The notes beneath the pieces are model-generated. The model searched no databases, was not told the DNA's origin, and saw nothing but the letters and a program-made list of their open reading frames with translations. Positions 1-8,189 of a stretch of 64,000 bases of DNA are shown here, piece after piece. The translations under genes and the position numbers were made by a program. The stretch comes from Deltaproteobacteria bacterium (GTDB lineage Bacteria > Desulfobacterota > Desulfobacteria > Desulfobacterales > UBA2156): positions 13,620 through 77,619 of the forward strand of contig JAFDGC010000001.1 in NCBI GenBank assembly GCA_019309485.1. The letters are read 5' to 3'. Positions within the stretch are counted from its first letter, which is position 1. Every line of letters starts with the position of its first letter.

Positions 1-113
1 ATCCCCCAACCGCCATAACCCCTTTGGGCCGACGCAACGGGGGTAAAAAGCAAAAAGGCTGTCATACCGGAGAAGCACCCTGGCCACCATCGATTCCGTA
101 TCTTTTGTTTCAT
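1..113 (-). CDS. Small secreted Gly-rich protein; only the 5' part is in the window
   Basis: ATG (cat at 111-113) with GGAG 7 nt upstream. My translation is MKQKIRNRWWPGCFSGMTAFLLFTPVASAQRGYGGWG: a signal peptide followed by a Gly-rich start. Absent from the ORF track because it is truncated at the window edge. Confidence 0.35.
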   Translation of the reverse strand, partial: MKQKIRNRWWPGCFSGMTAFLLFTPVASAQRGYGGWG

Positions 114-186
114 GATCTTCTCCTTCAGAAAATTCCGTTTGAACCGCAAACGGTCATCTTTACAGAGAAGCAATCTTTGTGCCAGC

Positions 187-3100
187 CTATTGCTCGATTT
201 CGGCAGGAACCCCTATCACCCACTTTTTTGCCGTCATAAGGCCGTTTCGGATATCTTCCAGGATCATGTAGCCGCACGGGACCAAAAGGAGCGTGATTCC
301 GGTGGCAAAAAGCACGCCGAACCCCAGGCTCACCGCCATGGGGATCAAAAACTGGGCCTGCACGCTGCGCTCCAGGATCATGGGCATCAGCCCGACAAAA
401 GTGGTCAGAGACGTCAGGATGACGGCCCGAAAGCGCAGGGGTCCGGCCTGGAGGATGGCCTCCATCGACGTCCGTCCTTCTTCCCTCAATCGGTTGGCCT
501 TGTCGATGAGCACAAGGGAATCGTTCACCACCACGCCGGAAAGCCCCACCATCCCGAAGAGACTCAAGAGGCTGAGATTCAATCCCATGATCAGGTGCCC
601 GGCCATGGCGCCGATGATCCCGAAGGGGATGGCGGACATCACCACCAGGGGCTGGGTAAAGGATTTAAACGGAATCGCCAGGAGGGCGTATATGGCGAAC
701 AGGGCGATGGTGAACCCCTTGAGTACGTCGGCCATGGATTCCTTTTGCTCCTTTCCCTCCCCCTCCATGGTGTAGCGGAGGTTCGGGAAGCGCTCTTTCA
801 ACTCCGGCAGATACCGGGATTCCAGGTGGCGCCGCACCTCGTTGGCATTGACCGCCGTTTCATCCACGTCGGCCATGACCTTGATCACCCGCAGCCTTTG
901 GGCCCGCTCGATGGATGCATATCCCCGGGCCATCTTCACCTCGGCCACCTGGCGGAAAGGGACTTCATGCCCTGAGGGCGTCCGGATCCGCATCTCTTCC
1001 ACGTGCCCGAGGGATCGGCGCTCTTCATCCGGATACCGCACCAGGACCTTCACTTCGTCCTGGTTCCGCTGGAACCGCAGGGCCTCGGCGCCGTAAAAAG
1101 CGTGGCGGACCTGCCGGGCCAGGTCATTGAGGGTCAGTCCCAGGGACCGGGCCGAGGGCTTGAGTTTGAGCTGCATCTCTTCTTTTCCGGGAAGGAAGCT
1201 GTCTTCGATATCGAACACCCCCGGAATGCTCCGCAGTTCCGCCTTGAGGGCGTCGGCGGCTTTCAGGAGCTGCTCGTGGTCCTCGATGGAAAGATGGACT
1301 TCCACGGGATTCCCGGCGGAAAAAAGGGCGCTCTGGAAGGACACGGCCTCGGCTTCGGGTACCGGGCCCACTTTGTTCCTCCAGATCCGGGCCAGCTCCG
1401 TGGCACTGATGCGGCGCTTCTCTCCTTCCAACAGCTGGACATGCACCTGAGCCAGATGCCCCCCGGAATTCGGGGCGCCGGCATGGGGGCCCCGCCCGGC
1501 GTGCATGCCGACGAGGGATGCCGTATATTCCAAAAGGGGCGGATCCCCTTCGGCACGATCCCGATCCGCTTCTTCCATGGCTTCCCGGGCGTTTCGCTCC
1601 AGGCGTTGGACGGTCTTCAAGGTTTGCTCCATGGGCGTTCCCACGGGCATGGTCAGATAAAGGGTGAGGGTGTCGCTTTCCACTTTGGGAAAAAACGTAA
1701 ACTTGAGCCATCCGCCTTTCCAGACCCCCCAGGTGAGAAAAAGGATTGCCAGGCCCAGGGCCACGGTGGCATACCGCCACTTCACACAGACGGAAACGGC
1801 CCGGGTGTAAGGATGGTCGATGACCCATCGCATCCATCGGGCCGTACGCTTTTCTTTGGGGATGCGGCCTGCGACCGCGGATTTCCGCCGGCTTGCCTCC
1901 AGATGGGCCGGGAGGATGAAAAGGGCCTCCACCAGGGATCCCAAAAGGACCAGGATGACCACGATGGGGATATGGCTCATCCGTTTCCCCATGTTTCCCG
2001 TGCCGATGAGCAACGGATAGAAGGCGGCCACGGTGGTGAGGACGGCAAAGATGACGGGACGTCCCACCTCCAGGGTCCCTTCCACAGCCGCCGTCATGGC
2101 GTCTTTTCCCTCCTCCTGTTTCCGATAAACGTTTTCCCCCACCACGATGGCATCGTCCACCACGATGCCCAGCACCATGATGAAGGCAAAAAGGGAGACC
2201 ATATTGATGGAGACATCAAACCGGGGCAGCGCCCAAATGCCGGCCATGAAGGATATGGGAATCCCGAGGGTGACCCAGAAGGCGAGTTTACGGTCCAAAA
2301 ACCACGCCAAAAGGAGGCTCACCAGGATCAGTCCCCAGGCCATGTTTTTCAAAAGGAGGTTAAGCCGGCTTTTTAACACCTCGGACCGATCCCGGTACAC
2401 GTCGATGGCCACCCCTGCCGGGAGGCGGTCCCGGATTTGGGTGACGTAGCCCTTCACGGCAGCGGCCACCTTCAGGACATTCTGATCCGCGACCCGGTAG
2501 ACGTTGATGACGACGGCGGGCTTTTCCATGAACCGGGAGACGAGATCCACCTCCTCGAAGCCTTCCTTGAGCCGGGCGATTCGCCCCAGGGTGACCTTGC
2601 TGCCGTCGGACCGCGTCAGCACCGCCACATCCCGGTAATCGGCGGCATGGTACCGCCGGCCCTTGGTCCGGATCAGGATCTCCCCTGAAGCGGTCTTGAC
2701 GCTCCCCGCGGGAAGATCCAGGCTGGCGTTTTTCACGGCTTCGGCCACCTGCCCCAGGGTCAAATTGTAACGCCGCAGGGTGTTTTCCGATACTTCGATG
2801 TGGATTTCACTCTCCCGGGTGCCGGAAATTTCGGCCAGGGTGATCCCCGGTAAATTGGTGATATCGTCTTTCACCTGTTCGGCCAGGTGTTTCAGGGTGG
2901 CCTCCGGGACGTTGCCGTAGAGGGCCAGGCTGATGACATGGGTCTGGCGGATCACCTCCCGGATGACCGGTTTCTCGGCCTCCTGGGGAAAGGTGGTGAT
3001 CCGGTCCACTTCGGCCTTCACATCGTCCAGGAGTTGCTTGATGTCCCAATCGTTCATGACCTCGATGGTGACGGCGCCGAATCCTTCCCGGGCGATGGAA

Positions 3101-3345
3101 TCGATCCGCTTGATCCCGGACAGTCCCGCCACCTTTTCTTCGACAAGGCGCAGCACCCCCTCCTCCACCTCCTCCGGGGAGGCGCCAGGATAGGCCGTGG
3201 TCACGGAAATGCGATCCGTGGAAATCTCGGGGAAAACCTCCACCTTCATGGTGAAGGCGGTGACCCCCCCGGCCAGCAAAAAGAAGATCATGAGCAGATT
3301 GGCCGCCACATGGTTTTTTGTGAACCAGGCTACCATGGATTTCAT
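187..3345 (-). CDS. RND efflux transporter permease (AcrB/CzcA superfamily)
   Basis: 1052 aa with a 12-TM RND architecture and an N-terminus typical of AcrB-family pumps. It overlaps the stop of the upstream MFP gene by 4 nt. Confidence 0.93.
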   Translation of the reverse strand: MKSMVAWFTKNHVAANLLMIFFLLAGGVTAFTMKVEVFPEISTDRISVTTAYPGASPEEVEEGVLRLVEEKVAGLSGIKRIDSIAREGFGAVTIEVMNDWDIKQLLDDVKAEVDRITTFPQEAEKPVIREVIRQTHVISLALYGNVPEATLKHLAEQVKDDITNLPGITLAEISGTRESEIHIEVSENTLRRYNLTLGQVAEAVKNASLDLPAGSVKTASGEILIRTKGRRYHAADYRDVAVLTRSDGSKVTLGRIARLKEGFEEVDLVSRFMEKPAVVINVYRVADQNVLKVAAAVKGYVTQIRDRLPAGVAIDVYRDRSEVLKSRLNLLLKNMAWGLILVSLLLAWFLDRKLAFWVTLGIPISFMAGIWALPRFDVSINMVSLFAFIMVLGIVVDDAIVVGENVYRKQEEGKDAMTAAVEGTLEVGRPVIFAVLTTVAAFYPLLIGTGNMGKRMSHIPIVVILVLLGSLVEALFILPAHLEASRRKSAVAGRIPKEKRTARWMRWVIDHPYTRAVSVCVKWRYATVALGLAILFLTWGVWKGGWLKFTFFPKVESDTLTLYLTMPVGTPMEQTLKTVQRLERNAREAMEEADRDRAEGDPPLLEYTASLVGMHAGRGPHAGAPNSGGHLAQVHVQLLEGEKRRISATELARIWRNKVGPVPEAEAVSFQSALFSAGNPVEVHLSIEDHEQLLKAADALKAELRSIPGVFDIEDSFLPGKEEMQLKLKPSARSLGLTLNDLARQVRHAFYGAEALRFQRNQDEVKVLVRYPDEERRSLGHVEEMRIRTPSGHEVPFRQVAEVKMARGYASIERAQRLRVIKVMADVDETAVNANEVRRHLESRYLPELKERFPNLRYTMEGEGKEQKESMADVLKGFTIALFAIYALLAIPFKSFTQPLVVMSAIPFGIIGAMAGHLIMGLNLSLLSLFGMVGLSGVVVNDSLVLIDKANRLREEGRTSMEAILQAGPLRFRAVILTSLTTFVGLMPMILERSVQAQFLIPMAVSLGFGVLFATGITLLLVPCGYMILEDIRNGLMTAKKWVIGVPAEIEQ

Positions 3346-4532
3346 GACGCGGACCCGCCTTTCCCGTCGAGGACACGCACCGCCATGCCATCGGTGACCG
3401 CGGCATGCCCGGAAATCACCACCCGGTCCCCATCTTTCAGGCCCTCGGTGATCAGAACAGCGTCCCTGTCGATGCGTCCCGGAACGACCTGCCGGAACCG
3501 CAGACGGCTTTTTTCATCCACCACCCAGACCGTGTCTCCCTCCCGGAATGATGCCACGGGGATCCGCACGGCTTTGGGGAGCATCATCCCCTCGATTTCC
3601 ACCTGAACGAAAAGGCCCATGGCCAAGGGCGGCTTCCGATCGTAGGGTCGTTCCACCCGGATGACGACGTTGATCATCCGGGTCCGCTCATCCATCTTCC
3701 CTTCGGTGCGCACCACCTTCCCTTCCCAGATCCATTCCTTTCCGGCGAGCCGGGCTTTCACCCGAGCAGAGGATCCCTTTTCGTCACCGGGTGTGAATCC
3801 CGGCACATGAAACCAGGAGAAATCCCGGTCCTCAAGGGGAACCACGACCTCCACGACATCCGTGGAGAAAAGGGTGGCCAGGGATTGTCCCGCCACCACA
3901 TACTGGCCCACATCCACGTTTTCTTCCTTCACGATGCCGTTGAACGGCGCCCGGAGGACGGTCCGCTCCAGGTGCAATTCGGCTTTTTTCAGCTCCGCCC
4001 TTTCGGCCTCAAGCTTGGCTTCGGCCGCCTTCAGCTGAGGGACTTTGAGGACCAGGGGCGGCGCTTCTGCGGCATCGGGGCTTCCGGGCGGATGCAGTTC
4101 GTTCCACTCTTCCAGGGCTGCCGCGGCTTCTTCCCGGGCCACCTGCAACCGGCTTTCGGCGTCCTTGACCTTGGCCTCGGCCAGCGTCAAGGCCAGCCGG
4201 TAGTCCACGGGATCGATTCGGAGGAGGACGTCGCCTTTTTGAAAACGACCGCCGTCGGCAAGGGTGTTCGAAACCTCGATGACCTTCCCGCTGACCTGGG
4301 GGACGAGGTTGATTTCACTTTCGGGTCTCACGGTCCCCTCCCCTTTCACGACGACGGTGGAGGGTTTTGCCTCCACCGGTATCACCCGAACCGCCATGGT
4401 GGGTGCCGGTCGCTTTGTTTTTTCCATCTCGGGTTTGCCGGCGATAAGGCCTTTCATGCCCACAAACCCCAGAAACAAAAACAGCGCCACCACGCCTGCC
4501 TGGAAAATGTATCGTTTCCGTTTACCGTTCAT
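3342..4532 (-). CDS. RND efflux periplasmic adaptor (membrane fusion protein, HlyD family)
   Basis: 396 aa with an N-terminal TM anchor, a coiled-coil hairpin (LKAAEAKLEAERAELKKAELHLE) and beta-barrel segments. It is operonic with the RND gene. Confidence 0.9.
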   Translation of the reverse strand: MNGKRKRYIFQAGVVALFLFLGFVGMKGLIAGKPEMEKTKRPAPTMAVRVIPVEAKPSTVVVKGEGTVRPESEINLVPQVSGKVIEVSNTLADGGRFQKGDVLLRIDPVDYRLALTLAEAKVKDAESRLQVAREEAAAALEEWNELHPPGSPDAAEAPPLVLKVPQLKAAEAKLEAERAELKKAELHLERTVLRAPFNGIVKEENVDVGQYVVAGQSLATLFSTDVVEVVVPLEDRDFSWFHVPGFTPGDEKGSSARVKARLAGKEWIWEGKVVRTEGKMDERTRMINVVIRVERPYDRKPPLAMGLFVQVEIEGMMLPKAVRIPVASFREGDTVWVVDEKSRLRFRQVVPGRIDRDAVLITEGLKDGDRVVISGHAAVTDGMAVRVLDGKGGSAS

Positions 4533-4640
4533 CTTTCACCGTTCACCTTTCACCGTTCACCCGCACACGGTCGGGTGTAAAACCCGACCCTACAACCATT
4601 CACTTGTCACTTGTCACTGTTCACTCGTCACTGTTCACTC
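4533..4640. repeat. Intergenic element, copy 1: heptad arrays (plus strand TTCACCG/TTCACTG; minus strand GTGAACN) flanking an 8-bp-stem hairpin
   Basis: Hairpin GGTCGGGT-gtaaa-ACCCGACC at 4569-4589. The 38-mer at 4566-4603 matches 6167-6204 at 37/38 positions. The element fills the whole MFP/OMF intergenic gap and includes the OMF stop codon. Confidence 0.85.
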
Positions 4641-6065
4641 TTCTCCCCACCCCCCGCCCAGCGCCCGGTGGAGGGTGACGCGGTTGGTGAATATGGCCAA
4701 ATCCACCAGTACGAGGGTTTCTTCGGCCTGATACAGGCTTTGCTGGGCCTCCAGAACGGAAAGATAATCGGCCAATCCGCGCCGGTACCGGCTTTCGGCG
4801 GCGTTGCGGGTGGCCCGGGCTTCTTCAAGGAATCGCACCGTCCGATCCCGGCGGGCCATCTGCTGTTTTCGGGTCAACAATGCCCCTTCCACCTCGGCAA
4901 ACGCCGTCAAAACCTTCTTGGCGTAGTCGGCGACGCCCTGGGCATACCGCGCCTCGGCGGCTTTTTGTTCCGCCTTGAGTTCACCGGCGTCAAAGAGGGG
5001 CTGAACCAGTCCGGCGGCCAGGTTCCACAACTGGCTGGAGGGATTGAAGACCCGATCCAGTTCCTCGCTGGTGTACCCGAAGCTCCCGGTAAGACTGATT
5101 TTGGGGAATCGACCGGCCACGGCGGCTCCCACCCGGGCGTTGAGGGCCATGAGGCGGGCCTCCGCAGCCCGTATGTCCGGCCGGCGCAGCAGCAGACCCG
5201 AGGGGATTCCCGGCGGCACCGCCGTCATGCGCTGAAAATAGGATTCGGGCTTGCGCCGGGGCGGCCGGGTTTCCGGATACCTTCCGGCCAAGACCGCCAA
5301 CCTTTGCTGAACACTCCCCAGTTCCTGGACTAGAGGGGGCAAGAGCGATTCCGCCCGGGCCAGGGTCCGCCGGGCCTGTCGGACGTCCAGGACGCTGGTG
5401 AGCCCCCGATTGTAGCGATTCTCCACAAACGCCAGGGACTGCCGGTAACTTTCTATCGTCTTTTCCGTGATCTGGATCCGCCGCTCCAGGGCCTCCATCT
5501 CCAGATAAAGGGATACGGCCTCGCTGACCACCGTCTGGGCCACGGTGCGCCGATTCTCCCGGGCCTGGAGCAGATCGGCCCGGGCGGCTTCCTCGGCCCG
5601 GGCGAGCCGGCCCCACAGATCGATTTCAAAAGCGGCCGGCAGAGAGAGACTGTAAAGGTCGGTGGTGCGCGTGACGTCTTCTGTAAGGATCTTCCCCGAT
5701 TCCAAACGCAACTGGCTTGTTGTCCTGCGCTGGCTCTGGACGCCGGCCGTCAGATCGAGGCTCGGATACCGTTTTGCAGACGTGATGCGTAACTGGGATC
5801 GGACTTCGAGGACCCTCGCGGCGGCTTTTTTCAGATCCCAATTGTTCGCCAGTGTCTCTTCAACGATCCGGTTGAGCTCCGGGTCGTTGAAACCCGCCCA
5901 CCATCGGTCGCCCGCATCTTCGGGTGCCGGGGTTTCGGGGGCATGCTGGTACACGGCAGGTGTTGCCGGAGGCAGGTCGGGCCGGCGGTAGTCCGGCCCC
6001 ATCGTCGCGCAACCCGTCATGAGGACCAGGACCGCCAGCCACGAGAGACAACCGGTTTTGCTCAT
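4635..6065 (-). CDS. Efflux outer-membrane factor lipoprotein (NodT/TolC family)
   Basis: The internal start MSKTGCLSWLAVLVLMTGC gives a lipobox, so I trimmed the ORF-track start at 6200. The protein has the duplicated OEP repeat architecture. Confidence 0.88.
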   Translation of the reverse strand: MSKTGCLSWLAVLVLMTGCATMGPDYRRPDLPPATPAVYQHAPETPAPEDAGDRWWAGFNDPELNRIVEETLANNWDLKKAAARVLEVRSQLRITSAKRYPSLDLTAGVQSQRRTTSQLRLESGKILTEDVTRTTDLYSLSLPAAFEIDLWGRLARAEEAARADLLQARENRRTVAQTVVSEAVSLYLEMEALERRIQITEKTIESYRQSLAFVENRYNRGLTSVLDVRQARRTLARAESLLPPLVQELGSVQQRLAVLAGRYPETRPPRRKPESYFQRMTAVPPGIPSGLLLRRPDIRAAEARLMALNARVGAAVAGRFPKISLTGSFGYTSEELDRVFNPSSQLWNLAAGLVQPLFDAGELKAEQKAAEARYAQGVADYAKKVLTAFAEVEGALLTRKQQMARRDRTVRFLEEARATRNAAESRYRRGLADYLSVLEAQQSLYQAEETLVLVDLAIFTNRVTLHRALGGGWGEE

Positions 6066-6163
6066 GAAATGCCTTTTCCTTTGGAATCTTTTCCGGACAC
6101 ATCCGGACACGCCCCCCCCTTTCACGCCGTTCAGGCGAGCGTCTTCCTGAAGGGGATCTCCAC

Positions 6164-6226
6164 TTTCACGGTCGGGTATAAAACCCGACCCTACAACCAT
6201 TCACCGTTCACCGTTCACTGTTCACA
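6164..6226. repeat. Intergenic element, copy 2: hairpin plus four heptads
   Basis: Hairpin GGTCGGGT-ataaa-ACCCGACC at 6170-6190, followed by ctacaaccattcac and ccgttca/ccgttca/ctgttca heptads. It lies between the degP stop and the OMF start. Confidence 0.85.
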
Positions 6227-6227
6227 A

Positions 6228-7694
6228 CTATTTGGTCATTTTGACCACGAGGAATCCCATGTTCCCCCTCAGGATAAACATCTGGAAGGTCTCGCCGGTT
6301 TTTACCTTGTCAAAGGCCTCTTTGAACGCTTTTACCGAATGGGTGGGCATATGATTGATCTCTTTGATCACATCCCCCTGGATGATCCCGGCCGCTTCGG
6401 CCTTGCTTCCGGAGGCCACGTCCACCACCACGACGCCCTGTGTCTCGGGAAGGTTCAGGCGGTTCGCCATCTCCGGAGTCAGATCCGCCACCTGGATCCC
6501 GATCTGCGACTCGGTTTCATTCCGGGGTTTTTCCGCCGTCACGCGGGTATCCTCCCGCTTGGCGATGGTCACGGTGATGATCTCTTCCTTGCCGTTTCGC
6601 AGCAATTTAATCCTGGCTTCTTCCCCGACGCCGATATCCGCGATCAATCGACTCAGTTCCCGGCTGCTCCCCACTTTCTTTTCATTCACTTCCAGGATGA
6701 TATCCTGGGGTTGGATCCCGGCTTTTTCCGCCGGATCTCCGGGAAAGACCTGGGCCACCAGGACCCCTTCCCCTTCTTTAAGGCCGTAATACTCCGCCAC
6801 TTCGCCTTTCACGTCCTGGATGCCGACGCCCAGCCATCCGCGGGTCACTTCTCCCTTCTGGCGGAGCTGCTCCACGATCCCCAGGGCCATGTTGATGGGA
6901 ATGGCGAAGCCGATCCCCTGGCCGCTGGCGACAATGGCGGTGTTGATGCCGATCACCTCACCGTTAAGGTTGAGCAGTGGGCCCCCGCTGTTTCCCGGAT
7001 TGATGGAGGCATCTGTTTGGATGAAATCGTCATAGGGCCCTGCCCCGATGACCCGGCCCTTGGCGCTGACGATCCCGGCCGTCACCGTGTGATCCAGGCC
7101 GAAGGGATTCCCGATGGCCACCACCCATTCCCCCACCTTGAGGGCATCCGAATCCCCCAGTTTGAGGACCGGGAGGTCCTTGGGACCCTTGATTTTAATG
7201 AGGGCGATATCGGTGTTGGGATCTCTGCCCACGATCTCGGCATCGTATTCCTTTTCGTTTCTCAGCTGAACCCGGATTTCATCAGCATCCTCGATGACGT
7301 GGTTGTTGGTGACGATGTAGCCTTCCTTATCGATGATAAACCCGGAACCCAGACTCCGCTGCTTGAATTCCCGCTGTTGCTCGTCCCCGAAGAACTTTTC
7401 GAAGAAGTCATTGAACGGGTCATTGGGACCCATGGGAGGCCGCATAAAGTGCCGAAACACCTGGCCGCCGCCCTTGATGGTCTTGACCGTCCGGATATTC
7501 ACCACCGCCGGACTGGCCTCCTCCGCCAGCTTGCTGAAGGTTTTCGGGACCAAAAAGGCGTCTTTTTCCACGACCCCCTTTGCCGGAGACGGGGCCAAAA
7601 AAACAAAGGTCAACAGGAACGCCAGCAGCAATACAGCCGTTGTCCCCTTTGACGTTTTCGGCAAAAAACGCTTTCCTGATGTGAAATTTCTCAT
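6228..7694 (-). CDS. degP: Periplasmic serine endoprotease, DegP/HtrA (Do) family with two PDZ domains
   Basis: GNSGGPLLN catalytic-serine motif, a signal peptide, two PDZ-like regions and an AGGAGG RBS. Confidence 0.93.
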   Translation of the reverse strand: MRNFTSGKRFLPKTSKGTTAVLLLAFLLTFVFLAPSPAKGVVEKDAFLVPKTFSKLAEEASPAVVNIRTVKTIKGGGQVFRHFMRPPMGPNDPFNDFFEKFFGDEQQREFKQRSLGSGFIIDKEGYIVTNNHVIEDADEIRVQLRNEKEYDAEIVGRDPNTDIALIKIKGPKDLPVLKLGDSDALKVGEWVVAIGNPFGLDHTVTAGIVSAKGRVIGAGPYDDFIQTDASINPGNSGGPLLNLNGEVIGINTAIVASGQGIGFAIPINMALGIVEQLRQKGEVTRGWLGVGIQDVKGEVAEYYGLKEGEGVLVAQVFPGDPAEKAGIQPQDIILEVNEKKVGSSRELSRLIADIGVGEEARIKLLRNGKEEIITVTIAKREDTRVTAEKPRNETESQIGIQVADLTPEMANRLNLPETQGVVVVDVASGSKAEAAGIIQGDVIKEINHMPTHSVKAFKEAFDKVKTGETFQMFILRGNMGFLVVKMTK

Positions 7695-7812
7695 TTTTTC
7701 CTCCTGTGGCCGCTTTTTTTTGTAAATCGAATCTTACTTACTTAATCCCTTAAACTAATTTCAATTGCAAGTTTTGCAATGCTCGGGGGGAAAGAAACCG
7801 CGTCAAAGTCAT

Positions 7813-7827
7813 GCGAAAGCCGTGCCA
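7813..7827 (-). promoter_or_regulatory. Sigma-54 promoter candidate upstream of degP
   Basis: The minus strand reads TGGCACGGCTTTCGC with exact GG-N10-GC spacing. It is intergenic, about 119 nt upstream of the degP ATG. Confidence 0.65.
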
Positions 7828-7841
7828 TGACGGTGGACGGC

Positions 7842-7874
7842 GAAATCAGAAATTCGAAATCAGAAATTCGAAAC
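7842..7874. repeat. Tandem 14-bp (2 x 7) repeat GAAATCAGAAATTC, 2.3 copies
   Basis: Direct read: gaaatcagaaattc gaaatcagaaattc gaaac. It lies in the AT-rich divergent degP/kinase region. Confidence 0.9.
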
Positions 7875-7997
7875 AATATCGAATGATCAAAATTCAAATG
7901 TTCGAAAAATACCCCGGGTTCACAAAGAACCGCTTTCGGTCATTCGGTCATTTGTATTTTGAATTTGTTTGCGGCGTTCGCCTTTAAGAACGACGAT

Positions 7998-8021
7998 ATT
8001 CGACATTCGAATTTCGAATTT
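7998..8021. repeat. Inverted counterpart heptad block ATTCGAC ATTCGAA TTTCGAA TTT
   Basis: The reverse complement reads AAATTC GAAATTC GAATGTC GAAT. This is the same GAAATTC heptad as at 7842-7874, in the opposite orientation. Confidence 0.8.
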
Positions 8022-8026
8022 AATCT

Positions 8027-8058
8027 ATCACCGTTCACTGTTCACTTTTCACTTGTGA
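8027..8058. repeat. Third GTGAACN-type heptad array, without the hairpin
   Basis: The sequence atcaccgttcactgttcacttttcacttgtga shares the heptad of the 4.6 kb and 6.2 kb elements. Confidence 0.7.
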
Positions 8059-8158
8059 TTTGTTTTCGGATGGTGGATAAAAAGTATCCATGTGACGGGA
8101 AAACCGTTCGGATCGGATACAAATTACCCGGGGGCCCTGCTCTTTCTGTCCCTTGACC

Positions 8159-8174
8159 TGGCATTTGTCTTGCT
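8159..8174 (+). promoter_or_regulatory. Sigma-54 promoter-like site upstream of the sensor kinase
   Basis: TGGCATTTGTCTTGCT with exact spacing. However, the -12 element lies only 16 nt from the ATG at 8190, implying an almost leaderless mRNA. Confidence 0.4.
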
Positions 8175-8189
8175 TACCGTCTGAAGAAC

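Noticed and set aside
112-2376. Long plus-strand ORFs (112-975, 293-775, 1003-2376) opposite the RND gene
   Set aside because: Their translations are Gly/Arg/Pro/His-rich low-complexity sequences with no motifs. They lie fully antisense to a clearly recognisable AcrB-family gene and are a typical high-GC shadow-ORF artefact.
5943-7652. 569-aa plus-strand ORF spanning the OMF/degP region
   Set aside because: It is antisense to two well-supported genes and crosses their intergenic repeat. The composition (Asp/Gly/His/Pro-rich) is not protein-like.
7775-7789. TTGCAAGTTTTGCAA in the degP 5' UTR as an operator
   Set aside because: It is only a short duplicated hexamer in AT-rich DNA with no partner elsewhere in the window. 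The support is insufficient.
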